Shown piece after piece: positions 34,905 to 47,599 of a stretch of DNA of 64,000 nt (position 1 is the first letter of the stretch; every line of letters starts with the position of its first letter). The notes under the pieces were generated by a model. It did not search any database and was not told where the DNA came from. It saw only the letters and a program-made list of their open reading frames with translations. A program made the translations under genes and the position numbers. Source of the DNA: Phyllobates terribilis (lineage: Eukaryota); the NCBI RefSeq assembly GCF_046119375.1, contig NW_027362762.1:276396001-276460000 (forward strand). The letters are read 5' to 3'.

Positions 34905-35120
34905 CCCTAGAACGCATGACCATAAAAATCTACACTTTCACATACCTGGGGCCCTTTAGGCCCGTGTGCAAATAACATGGAATAACTCAAACTCAAATGA
35001 CAAACAACTATATACATGAAGAATACCTAGAGTTTCAAAATTCTAACTAAAGTAATCTTGCAGAAAATAGAAAACAATTAACTGGGCGGGCCTGCAAGGC
35101 CACAGGTATGCGTTCTAGGG
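34905..35120. mobile_element. piggyBac-type MITE, 216 bp
   Basis: TTAA|CCCTAGAACGCAT ... ATGCGTTCTAGGG|TTAA: a perfect 13-bp TIR with a TTAA TSD. Confidence 0.85.
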
Positions 35121-35692
35121 TTAAGCGGTGTCTGTGCCACAATTTTGGGAGTCCCCTTGCTGTGTCTTACGTGACGTTGGCATCGTCAATTCCAGGTGGG
35201 TTGGGTCGCACCCCCCCCTTTTAACTGTAAGAAACTACATACACTATGGCTTGGGGTAACACAGATGGTTGAGTCTGAAGAGCTGTTTACTCAGAGGTCT
35301 GCTCCAAATCTTCAGTGTCTGCTAGTCAGCGTAGAATTTTTAACTGCATCTAGCCTAGGCAATACTTTGGGCGTAGTAGCCCAGCTGCGAAGCAAGCTGC
35401 ACCGCCTGTGTATCTAATAAGAATTTTTAAATGAATCTAGCCTAGGCAGACTGTGGGGACCCCCAACCAAACCCAGACGCTCAGCCCCCCTACCGCCCCC
35501 CTTTCATGGACAATACAATAATGTAACTCTTACAACTGGATGGGTGAGGATCGGTCACAGCTTTATTAACTCTTTATACTCATTCCATTAGAAAGGCATT
35601 TTATTTCTAAAATAATTCAGCTTGTTGCAGCATGCCCTGGGTCCCCACTCCGGCAAGTTGGCCAACAAGTGTAACTCTCCAACATGTCCTTT

Positions 35693-36210
35693 CTATTTCC
35701 AGGCCACGGAGGATCCAGCGTACTCGTATGCAGGACTCTGACCCCCACCCATCACTCTTAACGCTTGTTCCACTCCGTCCTGGAGTCCTGACAGGAATAT
35801 GTCCAGTCCAATATCTATTAAGTGAACACCGTCGGGCCGTATGAGGCCTGCTTTATCTCCTTCCAGTTGTCGGTGTCGTATCACTACACCGCCTCTGTCT
35901 CTTCTAAATTTTGCCATCCGAATATTTATTACCCGCGCTCAGTGTCTAGTTTCATTATTGCCATTAGTTATGTGCTCTTGTGATGACCTAGGTTGTTTCC
36001 CCCGGCCTGTATAACTAAGATGACCGGACCTCTTGCCTCTCTCCCTACCTTGATTACCTCCATTAGTACCTGTGGCCATAGCAGGCCTCTAATACCTCTC
36101 CAGTTGAAATATGTGTTATGAAACTCTAATTTCCTCCCGCCTGGGTGGACTTTCGCCCTTTTCTGTGCCCAATATATATACGAGTGGCCTATCACTCACA
36201 CTGTTGGCTT
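35693..36210 (-). pseudogene. SGNH-hydrolase-like ORF remnant of the Ngaro-type element
   Basis: IGHSYIYWAQKRA, VIQAGGNNL and RPDGVHLIDIGLDIFL match GDSL/SGNH blocks I, III and V. Confidence 0.7.
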
Positions 36211-36239
36211 AGCGTCACCTGTAAAAGACACAAACCACG

Positions 36240-37127
36240 TTAGGATAACAAGTCCGGTCTTATGTATCTCGCCAAACACGTGGATCGCCATCTCCCTATC
36301 CTCTGAACTTCCGTTTCTGACAGTCCTGCTCTTGCTGCTTCCGTGGCCGCACCTATGCAGAATGAGTGTGTGCCGTAATCTTTGGGGTGGTTCCCTGCCG
36401 ATGTTATGCATTTATTAAATATAGCTTGGAACAGGTATCTTGATAATGGCGTTCCATCAATGTGTGATAGGAAGAAATTACTTTGTGATCTGATGGTTAG
36501 ATATGTTTTTACTATTGTTACCCGACTCAGTGTACCGTTTGTGGGTTGTAGAAGTACCCAAGTACCCCTGCCCGCTGGAACCGTTTTCGATTGGTGTATG
36601 CGTAGACGTATTGCATTATTGGCTATGACTACGTCCTGGTGTAATAAGCCTCCACTGGTGGTAATTTTGGATTGAGGGACTAATTCGCTTATACATAGCG
36701 CCCCGAAGAAGGCGATCACAAATGCAGTAGACATTAGTGTTGCTTCAAATTGTGAGTGTCATGTTAATGGTGTTAGGGATATGATGTGAGAAATCAGTTT
36801 TAGTGACACGGGACGAGACGTCTACATTCCTGACTTGGCTGACCCCTTTTCCACCCTTTTATGGATTGTCTGATGATGAATCTTTGTCACATCTCCCCAA
36901 TTCAGTAGTTGGAAGTGAAATGCTACTCCGGTCAGACACCGCTGCGCTGACGCTCCTGATATGCCCCTCATCATTAGCTGGTGGAGAAATTCTATGGTGA
37001 CTTGTGATCTGGCTTGTTCACATTGGTCAACCCGTCTGCCTGCTACTAGTCGTGTCCACTCTTCCCATGCCTTACCGTATGCTTGCCACGTTGACGGGGC
37101 AACTGATGCTCTGATTAATGGCATCAA
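36240..37127 (-). pseudogene. Tyrosine recombinase, frameshifted, catalytic Arg codons changed to Cys
   Basis: ORFs 36822-37127 and 36240-36734. ALCISEL and HSFCIG replace the usual ALRxSEL and HSFRIG. Confidence 0.85.
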
Positions 37128-37447
37128 CTATTCGCCACTAGATCCCATAGGGAGGGTGGGCAACTGTTGCCCGATGGGTGGGCGTTGTGGAAGAGCTCTG
37201 TGAAAATCTGCCAATTGAATTGTTATAAAGCGTTAGCAGCAGCTTTATACCCCTCAGCATAGTGGCTAGCGCGGACCCATACATTGTGTTTTAGGCACAG
37301 GAATGCTAACCTGCGTAGTAGGCCTAGCACTGGGAGAGACGATGATGCCATCTTATTAATGCAGTGCGCTAGGCTGGTGTTTTGTGTTATGAAGCGTATA
37401 TTTTTGTTAGCCAGGCGCGCGCCCCATATTTCTATTGCTACCACTAT

Positions 37448-40400
37448 TGGGAAAAATTATTTTCAGGGCTAGATGCAGCTAAAAATTATTATTAATTTCA
37501 AAGCTGGTGGAGCTTGGTATAGATGGCGTAATACAATGAGTCCCACACACTGCTAGAAGCCCAAATATTTTTTCAGAGCTAGATGCAGATAACAATTATT
37601 TTTAATTTGCAACCTGATGGAGGTCAGTATAGATGAACTAATAGACCCAGTCCCACACACTGCTAGAAGCCCAAATATTTTTTCAGAGCTAGATGCAGAA
37701 AAAAATTATATTCAATTTGCAGCCTGATGGAGGTCAGTATAGATGGACTAATAGAACAAGTCCCACTCACTGCTAGAAGCCCAAATATTTTTTCAGAGGT
37801 AGATGCAGAAAAAAATGATATTCAATTTGCAACCTGATGGAGGTCAGTATAGATGGACTAATAGACCCAGTCCCACACACTGCTAGAAGCCCAAATACTT
37901 TTTCAGAGCTAGATGCAGATAAAAATTATTTTTAATTTGCAACCTGATGAAGATCAGTATAGATGGACTAATAGACCAAGTCCGACACACTGCTAGAAGC
38001 CCAAATATTTTTTCAGAGCTAGATGCAGATAAAAATTATTTTTAATTGCAACCTGATGGAGGTCAGTGTAGATGGACTAATAGACCAAGTCCCACACACT
38101 GCTAGAAGCCCAAATATTTTTTCAGAAGTAGATGCAGAAAAAAATTATATTCAATTTGCAACCTGATGGAGGTCAGTATAGATGGACTAATAGAACAAGT
38201 CCCACACACTGCTAGAAGCCCAAATTTTTTTTCTGAGGTAGATGCAGAAAAAAATGATATTCAGTTTGCAACCTGATGGAGGTCAGTATAGATGGACTAA
38301 TAGAACAAGTCCCACACACAGCTAGAAGCCCAAATATTTTTTCAGAGCTAGATGCAGATAAAAATAATTTTTAATTTGCAACCTGATGGAGATCAGTATA
38401 GATGGACTAATAGACCAAGTCCCACACACTGCTAGAAGCCCAAACATTTTTTCAGAAGTAGATGCAGAAAAAAATGATATTCAATTTGCAACCTGATGGA
38501 GGTCAGTATAGATGGACTAATAGAACAAGTCCCACACACTGCTAGAAGCCCAAATCTTTTTTCAGAGCTAGATGCAGAATAAAATTATATTGAATTTGCA
38601 ACCTGGTGTAGGTTAGTATAGATGGACTAATAGAACAAGTCCCACACACTGCTAGAAGCCCAAATATTTTTTCAGAGCTAGATGCAGAAAAAAATGATAT
38701 TCAATTTGCAACCTGATGGAGGTCAGTATAGATGGACTAATAGACCAAGTCCCACACACTGCTAGAAGCCCAAATACTTTTTCAGAGCTAGATGCAGATA
38801 AAAATTATTTTTAATTTGCAACCTGATGGAGATCAGTATAGATGGACTAATAGACCAAGTCCCACACACTGCTAGAAGCCCAAATATTTTTTCAGAGCTA
38901 GATGCAGACAAAAAAATTATTTTTCATTTGCAGCCTGATGAAGGTCAGTATAGATGGACTAATAGAGAAATTCCCACACACTGCTAGAAGGCCAAATATT
39001 TTTTCAGAGCTAGATGCAGACAAAAAAATTATTTTTAATTTGCAACCTGATGGAGGTCAGTATAGATGGACTAATAGAGAAAGTCCCACACACTGCTAGA
39101 AGGCCAAATATTTTTTCAGAGCTAGATGCAGACAAAAAAATATTTTTAATTTTCAACCTGATGGAGGTCAGTATAGATGGACTAATAGAACAAGTACCAC
39201 ACACTGCTAGAAGGCCAAATATTTTTTCAGAGCTAGATGCAGACAAAAAATAATTTTGAATTTGCAACCTGATGGAGGTCAGTATAGATGGACTAGTAGA
39301 ACAAGTCCGACACACCGCTAGAAGCCCAAATATTTTTTCAGAGGTAGATGCAGAAAAAAATTATATTCAGTTTGCAACCTGATGGAGGTCAGTATAGATG
39401 GACTAATAGAACAAGTCCCACACACTGCTAGAAGGCCAAATATTTTTTCAGAGATAGATGCAGACAAAAAATTATTTTTAATTTGCAACCTGATGGAGGT
39501 AAGTATAGATGGACTAATAGAACAAGTCCCACACACTGCTAGAAGGCCAAATATTTTTTCAGAGCTAGATGCAGATAAAATTATTTTTAATTTGCAACCT
39601 GATGGAGGTCAGTATAGATGGACCAATAATTCAAGTCCAACACACTGCTAGATAACCAAATATTTTTTCAGAGCTAGATGCAGAAAAAAATTATATTCAG
39701 TTTGCAACCTGATGGAGGTCAGTATAGATGGACTAATAGAACAAGTCCCACACACTGCTAGAAGGCCAAATATTTTTTCAGAGCTAGATGCAGACAAAAA
39801 AATATTTTGAATTTGCAACCTGATGGAGCTCAGTATAGATGGACTAGTAGAACAAGTCCCACACACTGCTAGAAGGACAAATATTTTTTCAGAGCTAGAA
39901 GCAGAAAAAAAAAATATTCAATTTGCAACCTGATGAAGGTCAGTATAGATGGACTAATAGAACAAGTCCCACACACTGTTAGAAGGCCAAATATTTTTTC
40001 AGAGCTAGATGCAGACAAAAAAATATTTTTAATTTGCAACCTGATGGAGGTCAGTATAGATGGACTAATAGAACAAGTCCCACACACTGCTAGAAGGACA
40101 AATATTTTTTCAGAGCTAGATGCAGACAAAAAAATATTTTTAATTTGCAACCTGATGGAGGTCAGTATAGATGGACTAATAGACCAAGTCCCACACACTG
40201 CTAGAAGGCCAAATATTTTTTCAGAGCTAGATGCAGACAAAAAAATATTTTTAATTTGCAACCTTATGGAGGTCAGTATAGATGGATTAATAGAACAAGT
40301 CCCACACACTGCTAGAAGCCCAAATATTTTTTCAGAGCTAGATGCAGACAAAAAATTATTTTGAATTTGCAACCTGATGGAGGTCAGTATAGATGGACTA

Positions 40401-41432
40401 GTAGAACAAGTCCCACACACTGCTAGAAGGACAAATATTTTTTCAGAGCTAGATGCAGAAACAAATTATATTCAATTTGCAACCTTATGGAGGTCAGTAT
40501 AGATGGACTAATAGAATGATGCTATGCCCAAAAGGTTTAACTTCACTAGGTGCAGTAAAAAAATTGGTATTCTATACACAGGTGGTGTATCTTGCAACAC
40601 AGATAGGCTACTCCACTGACTAACACACTCTGCAATAGGCCAAAAAGGATTAGCTTTGCTAGATTCTGCCAAATGCTGTGAAAAAAACTTGCACAGCACT
40701 TTCACAGACCTGCCTGGCAAAAACTGATAGGAACTGATGTAACTTAGTCCTGAAAAGGACTGCAATTACAATTAGTCTTTACTCCCACAACCTATCTATT
40801 TAAGAGCACAGACCAGCCTGATAAAAGTCGTAGGAAATGCTGTAACCTAGTCCTTAAAAGGACTGCAATCACAACTATTCCCTACTCCCAAGCTATCTGT
40901 AGATTTGTGCGAAAATTGGCTTGAAATTAACAAGGTGTAGAGCACACAGCAACAGCGGTGCCGTCTAACACGCAGCTGCAGCAGTGAGAAAATGGTGGCG
41001 ACGGGGTAAATGGCTGGGTCTTATAGGGCAAGGACATGTGACATACACTGCCAATGACACATGCCCTTGCTTGTGTGAAAAAAAGCACTTCGCTCCGTGT
41101 GTGCGCTGCTGATAGGCTGACAGATTGCACCTCCCCACTGTTAATGCGGGAAAGAGAAAAAATAATGGAGATCTTCATTATTCCTGCAGAGATCCATCCC
41201 CTGCCCCTCCCCCCGCCCCGCTGTACACTCAAACTGCGTATTAACATTAATTTTCATAATTACTGAGAAAAAATCCAGTTATGATTTTGGTGCACGAACA
41301 GTTATCGAACATAACCTCGAACAGCCGAATTTTTCTCAAATCGTACGTGTTCGCCGAACGGCTCGAACACCGCCCAAAACAGCTCGAATTTGAGGTTGGC
41401 GAACAGTTCGAGTCGGACAACGCTCATCTCTA
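37448..41432 (-). mobile_element. hAT family A left arm without transposase
   Basis: Reverse complement of TAGAGATGAGCG at 41421-41432, followed by the whole left arm and the 110-bp array. It then runs into a degenerate unit like 9860-9975 and joins the Ngaro RNase H. Confidence 0.92.
37540..40514 (-). repeat. 110-bp tandem array (~27 units, more heterogeneous)
   Basis: Reverse complement of the same unit. Variant blocks differ between about 37540-38890 and 38900-40514 (GAAGGCC / GCAGAC variants). Confidence 0.95.
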
Positions 41433-41499
41433 GTACGGGCTCTATGATATACGGGCGATTAAATGCCATATTTGCATTTTCACTCTGCAACATCCGTTG

Positions 41500-43198
41500 C
41501 TGATTGTTTCTGCAAAAGACTCATAGTCAAAATCGTCACTACACCTGTAGATAAATTTCCAGAGGGGAGTAATTGCCAAATTGGGGTCAATTGGGGCAGG
41601 TTTCTGCTCTTCTTGTTCTTTTGTATTTGAAGTCCGTAAACTATTCTACAAAAATTTGTTCTCCATGAGTCAAATTGCCCTCTTGCCGTGTGGCCAAACA
41701 GTATTGTATAGCCACATATGGGGTATTGACACATTCACAAGAAATTTTGTAACAAATTATGTGGTCATTGTACAATCTGGGGCTAAATCAACATTATAAT
41801 GGTATAAATTTTTGTGAAACACATGTGGTGTCAATATGCTCACTGCACCACTAGATAATTCCATTGGGAGTTGTAGTTGGTAAAATGGGGATACTTATGG
41901 GGTTCCTGCTGTCCTGACACCTCAGAGGCTCTGCCAATGTGACATGGCATCTGCAAACCATCCTAGGTAAATCTGCACTCTGAGATGGTGCTCCTTCCCT
42001 TCTGAGCTTTGCACTGTGCCTAAAAAAAATTTTTTGACCATATATGGGGCATTGCTGTACTCAGGACACATCGCGTTATGCATTTTGTAGTCCATTTTCT
42101 CCTATTAGCCTTATTGAAATTAAAAACTTGGAGCTAAAACAACAATTTAGTGGAAAAAATAAAAATTTGCATTTTCACAGCCAAATGTTTTACAATTTTG
42201 TAAAATACCTGTGATATTTAAATGCTTACTACACACCTAGAGGAATTGTTCAAGAAATGTGGTTTCCACAATGCAGTCACTTGTGGGGGTTTCTACTGTT
42301 TTTGAACCTTGGCAGCTCTCCAAATGTGATATGGCATCCACAATCTATTCCTGACAATTTTACACTCCAAAAATCAAATAGAGCTCATTCTCTTTCATGC
42401 CCCACCAAGTGCCTAAATGAGAGTTTCTGACCACATATGGGGCGTCCCTGTACTCAGGAAAAATTGCAAAAGAAATTATATGGTCCATTTTCTTCTGTTA
42501 CCTTTGTGAAAATGAAAAATTTGGGGCTAAAACAAATACATTTGGGATAAAATGTCATTTTTAATTTACACCATCCAATGTTTTAAAATTCCACAAAGCA
42601 CATGTGGGTTCAAGATGCTCACCACACCTCTAGATAAATTCCTAGAGGTTGTAGTTTACATAATGGGGCCACTTGTGTTTTTTTTCACTGTTTAGGCACA
42701 TCAGGGGTTCTGCAAACATGACACGTGTCCACCATGTATTCCAGACAATTTTGCTCTCCAAATTTCAAAAGATACTCATTTCAAGATCTGGTGTGTGCTC
42801 AAACAGTAATTTCCACTACACATGCGGTGATGGTGTACTCAGGAGAAATTCCACAAGTTGTGTGGTCTATTTTCCTATGTTACCATTGTGAAAATGAAAA
42901 ATTCAGTGCTAAATTAACATTTTTTATGGGAAAATGTATTTTTTCATTTTTACAGCTCAATGGTATAAAGTTCTGTGAAGCACCTGTGGATTTAAGATGC
43001 TGACCACAACACTAGATAAATTCCTTGTGGGGTATAGTTTCCAAAATGTGGTCACCTGTGGGGGATTCCACTGTTTTTACAAATCAGGGGCTCTGCAAAC
43101 GCAATATCTATTCCAGCCCATTTTGCACTCTAAAAGTCAAATGGTGCTCCTTCCCTTCGGAGACCTGCCATGTGCTTGAACAGTAGTTTTCCACCACA
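41500..43198. repeat. Degenerate ~385-bp internal tandem repeat of an old interspersed element
   Basis: TGCTCAC..CAC..CTAGATAAATTCC-like motifs near 41838, 42223, 42616 and 42998; related to 2990-3350 and 14259-15044. Confidence 0.6.
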
Positions 43199-43200
43199 TA

Positions 43201-44834
43201 CAGTACAGACCAAAAGTTTGGACACACCTTCTCATTTAAAGATTTTTCTGCATTTTCATGACTTTGAAAATTGTACATTCAAACTGAAGGCATCAAAACT
43301 ATGAATTAACACATGTGGAATTATATACTTAACAAAAAAAGTGTGAAACAACTGAAAATATGTCTTATATTCTAGGTTCTTCAAAGTATCCACCTTATGC
43401 TTTGATGACTGCTTTGCACACTCTTGGCATTCTCTTGATGAGCTTCAAGAGGTAGTCACCGGAAATGGTTTTCACTTCACAGGTGTGCCCTGTCAGGTTT
43501 AATAAGTGGGATTTCTTGCCTTACAAATTGGGTTGGGACCATCAGTTGTGTTGTACAGAAGTCAAGTGGATACACAGCTGATAGTCCTACTGAATAGACT
43601 GTTAGAATTTGTATTATGGCAAGAAAAAAGCAGCTAAGTAAAGAAAAACGAGTGGCCATCATTACTTTAAGAAATGAAGGTCAGTCAGTCCGAAAAAAAT
43701 TGGCATACTTTGAATGTGTCCCCAAGTGCAGTTGCAAAAACCATCAAGTGCTACAAAGAAACTGGCTCAAATGAGGACAGCCCCAGGAAAGGAAGACCAA
43801 GAGTCACCTCTGCTTCTGAGGATAAGTTTATCCGAGTCACCAGCCTCAGAAATCGCAGGTTAACAGCAGCTCATATTAGAGACCAGGTCAATGCCACACA
43901 GAGTTCTAGCAGAAGACACATCTCTCTACAACAACTGTTAAAAGGAAACTTTGTGCAGCAGGCCTTCATGGTAAAATAGCTTCTAGGAAACCACTGCTAA
44001 GGACAGGCAACAAGCAGAAGAGACTTGTTTGGGCTAAAGAACACAAGGAATGGACATTAGACCAGTGGAAATCTGTGCTTTGGTCTGATGAGTCCAAATT
44101 TGAGATCTTTGGTTCCAACCACCGTGTCTTTGTGCGACGCAGAAAAGGTGAACGGATGGACTCTACATGCCTGGTTCCCACCGTGAAGCATGGAGGAGGT
44201 GGTGTGATGTTGTGGGGGTACTTTGCTGGTGACACTGTTGGGGATTTATTCAAAACTGAAGGCATACTGAACCAGCATGGCTACCACAGCATCTTGCAGC
44301 GACATGCTATTCCATCCGGTTTGCGTTTCGTTGGACCATCATTTATTTTTCAACAGGACAATGACCCCAAACACACCTCCAGGCTATGTAAGGGCTATTT
44401 GACCAAGGGGGAGAGTGATGGGGTGCTACACCAGATGACCTGGCCTCCACAGTCACCAGACCTAAACCCAATCGAGATAGTTTGGGGTTTGCTGGACCGC
44501 AGAGTGAAGGCAAAAGGGCCAAAAATTGCTAAGCATCTCTGGGAACTCCTTCAAGATTGTTTTAAGACCATTTCCGGTGACTACCTCTTGAAGCTCATCA
44601 AGAGAATGTCAAGAGTGTGCAAAGCAGTCATCAAAGCAAAAGGTGGCTACTTTGAAGAACCTAGAATAAAATGCATATTTTCAGTTGTTTGACACTTTTT
44701 TGTTAAGTATATATTTCCACATGTGTTAATTCATAGTTTTGATGCCTTCAGTGTGAATGTACAATTTTCAAAGCCATGAAAATACAGAAAAATCTTTAAA
44801 TGAGAAGGTGTGTCCAAAGTTTTGGTCTGTACTG
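43201..44834 (+). mobile_element. Tc1/mariner element, full length with frameshifts
   Basis: TA|CAGTACAGACCAAAAGTTTGGACACACCTTCTC long TIR at both ends, closing ...GGTCTGTACTG|TA. ATG at 43616; [22 protein letters not shown]. Confidence 0.95.
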
Positions 44835-44836
44835 TA

Positions 44837-45888
44837 TAGGTGCATCTTACCAAATTAGAATATCATCAAAAAGTTAATTTATTTCAGTTCTTCAATACAA
44901 ATAGTGAAACTCATATTATATAGAGTCATTACAAACAGATTGATCTATTTCAAATGTTTATTTCTGTTAATGTTGATGATTATAGCTTAAAGCCAATGAA
45001 AACACAAAAGTCATTCACTCAGTAAATTAGAATAATTAACAAAAAACACCTGCAAAGACTTCCTAAATGTATAAAAAGGTCCCTTAGTCTGTTTCAGTAG
45101 GCTCCACAATCATGGGGAAGACTGCTGACTTGACAGATGTCAGGAAGGCAGTCATTGACACTAAGTAAATGCAAAGTAAATTTTGCATTTCATTTGGAAA
45201 TCAATGTCCCAGAGTCTGGAGGAAGAGTGGAGAGGCACACAATCCCCAAACCAGTGATGGTTTGGGGAGCCATGTCATCTTCTGGTGTAGGTTCACTGTG
45301 TTTTATGAAGACCAAAGTTAGCGCAGTAGTCTACCAGGAAACGTCATGCTTCCCTCTGCTGACAAGCTTTTTGGAGATGGAAATTTCTTTCTCCAGCAAG
45401 ACTTGGCACCCATTCACACTGCCAAAAGTACCAATACCTGGTTTAAAAACAGCAGTATCACTGTGCTTGAATGGCCAGCAAACTCGCCTGACATTAACCC
45501 CATAGAGAATCTGTCAAGAGGAAGACGAGAGACAGACACCAGACCCAACAAAGCAGACCTGGGCTTCCATAACATCTCAATAGTGCCACAGACTGATCAC
45601 CTCCATGCCACGCCAAATTGATGCAGTAATTGATGCAAAAGGAGCCCCGACCAAGTATTGAGTGCATTTACTGAACATACATTTAAGTAGGCCAACATTT
45701 CGGATTTTAAAAACATTTTTCAAGCTGTTGATATAAAGTATTCTAATTTACTGAGATAATGACTTTTGTGTTTTCATTGGCTGTAAGCCATAATCATCAA
45801 CATTAACAGAAAAAAGATCACTCTGTTTGTAATGACTCTATATAATATATGAGTTTCACTTTTTGCATTGAAGAACTGAAATAAATTA
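44837..45888 (+). mobile_element. Tc1 element, internally deleted and right-truncated
   Basis: TA|TAGGTGCATCTTACCAAATTAGAATATC left TIR; MVWGAMSS, QQDLAPIH, WPANSPDINPIENL. The right TIR copy stops at 45888. Confidence 0.82.
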
Positions 45889-45890
45889 AA

Positions 45891-46262
45891 AAAGCCGGAC
45901 GGCAATTCAGCATCGGTACCTGACAATTTAGAACAGAAAGAATAGAGCATCACACAGAGATTAGATAGATAGAAACATGTCAGTCACATATATAAGAAGT
46001 ACAGTGACAGTGTTGGTTACTGTATTTGTCATTTAGTGTTAAAGGATTTATTAAAGAAAATAATAGTGTTGTCATGCACAGTCTCTTTAAAAAAGCTGGC
46101 TGGCAATTCAGCATCGGTACCCGACAATTTAGAACAGAAAGAATAGAGCATCACACATAGATTAGATAGATAGAAACATGTCAGTCACATATATAATAAG
46201 TACAGTGATAGTGATGATTACTGTACTTGTCATTTAGTGTTAAAATAAAGGATTTATTAAAA
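45891..46262 (+). repeat. Two-copy tandem duplication, period ~201 bp
   Basis: GGCAATTCAGCATCGGTACC...GGATTTATTAAA starts at 45901 and again at 46102. Confidence 0.85.
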
Positions 46263-47599
46263 AAAAAATTGGCGTGGGGTTCCCCGTAATTTTAGTCTCT
46301 AGCGGAGGTTAAGCAGACGGCTGGGGCAGATGTTTGAAGCCTGGGAAGGGGGTAAAACCCACGGAGCTTCCCAGGCTACTAATATCAGCCCCCAGCTGAA
46401 TACCTAGCCTTTACTAGCTATTAAAATGGGGCACACCCTCAAAAAATGATGTGGGGTCACCCCTATTTTAATAGCTAGCAAAGGCTAGGTAGACAGCTGG
46501 GGGCTGATATTAATTGCCCAGGAAGGGTGCCATGAATATTGGCCCCCTCCCAGGCTAGAAATTCCAGTCGTCAGCCGCCCAAGAAATGGCTCATCCATAG
46601 GATGCGCCAATTCTGGCACTTAGCCTCGCTCTTCCCACTGCCCTGTAGCGGTGACAGTGGGTTAATAGGGCTGGGGTTGATGTCAGCTTATAATGCCAGC
46701 TGACATCAAGCCCAGGTTAGTAATGGAGAGGCGTCTATAAGACACCCCCATTACTAACCCCATAGTCAAAGTTAAAAAAAATCACAAACACCCAGAATAA
46801 AGTCCTTTAATTTAAATAAACACACAATTCTTTAAACCATACTTACCATCACGCCCATTCCAGCTGAAGCCAATGTCTTCTGCAATAAAAGTAAAATAAT
46901 AAACCAATCTCATCCTTACCTTTCCATGGTTCCCAGGACGGCTCCAGCTCTGCTACATTCACATGACAGGCTGGACCGCAGCCGAAAGCTGCCATCCAGC
47001 TTGTCATGCCACAGACAGTGCATGTTTGGCACTCATTAGAGTGCAAATGAACATGCAGGGATTGCCTGCCACTCACTGTAGTGCCGCAGCCATATTGGTT
47101 GTGGCATTACAGTGATTGGCTGGTCGCAAAGCGTCATCACGTCTATATCAGACCTGGCGCCGCTGTGCTCGTCAGTCTACTCTGCAATCAGGCAGTGTAG
47201 GGAGAGGTGCTGCTGAGCTAGGGAGAAATTTGATTCTGTATTAGGTAGTGTAGGGAGAAAACAAGTACATTATACATATCCATCTCAACAAAGAGTCCTT
47301 CTGAGGACTAATCCATCTGCAGAGATATCTGGCAGGCAGTGTATATGGGCAGGCAGGCAGAGTATATAGCAGACTGCAGTGCATATAGCACAAGAGGCTC
47401 CATTCCAGTTCTGCCTTCTGCTGCTGTTAGATATTTCTAGACAAAGGCCCAGGTCTCGGGGCCAGGAATAATTTTTTTTGGATCTTAATCCTCATTATTT
47501 GCTTAAAAAGCAATCCAGAGAACATCGCTTTTTTGTGCCATTTGCATGTTGGCACTGCAGAATATAGCCAGGTCCTTTCCATATTACAGCGCTATAAAT

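Larger units (their letters stand above)
35449..37447 (-). mobile_element. Ngaro/DIRS-type tyrosine-recombinase retrotransposon, 3' part (RNase H end, YR, SGNH-hydrolase-like ORF, terminal repeat)
   Basis: RNase H FPIVVAIEIWG...; YR N-domain RASVAPSTWQAYGKAW; YR core FFGALCISEL...HSFCIGAAT...GRWRS...YIRP; SGNH-like GHSYIYWA...AGGNNL...PDGVHL; AATAAAGCTGTGACCG terminal region. Confidence 0.88.
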
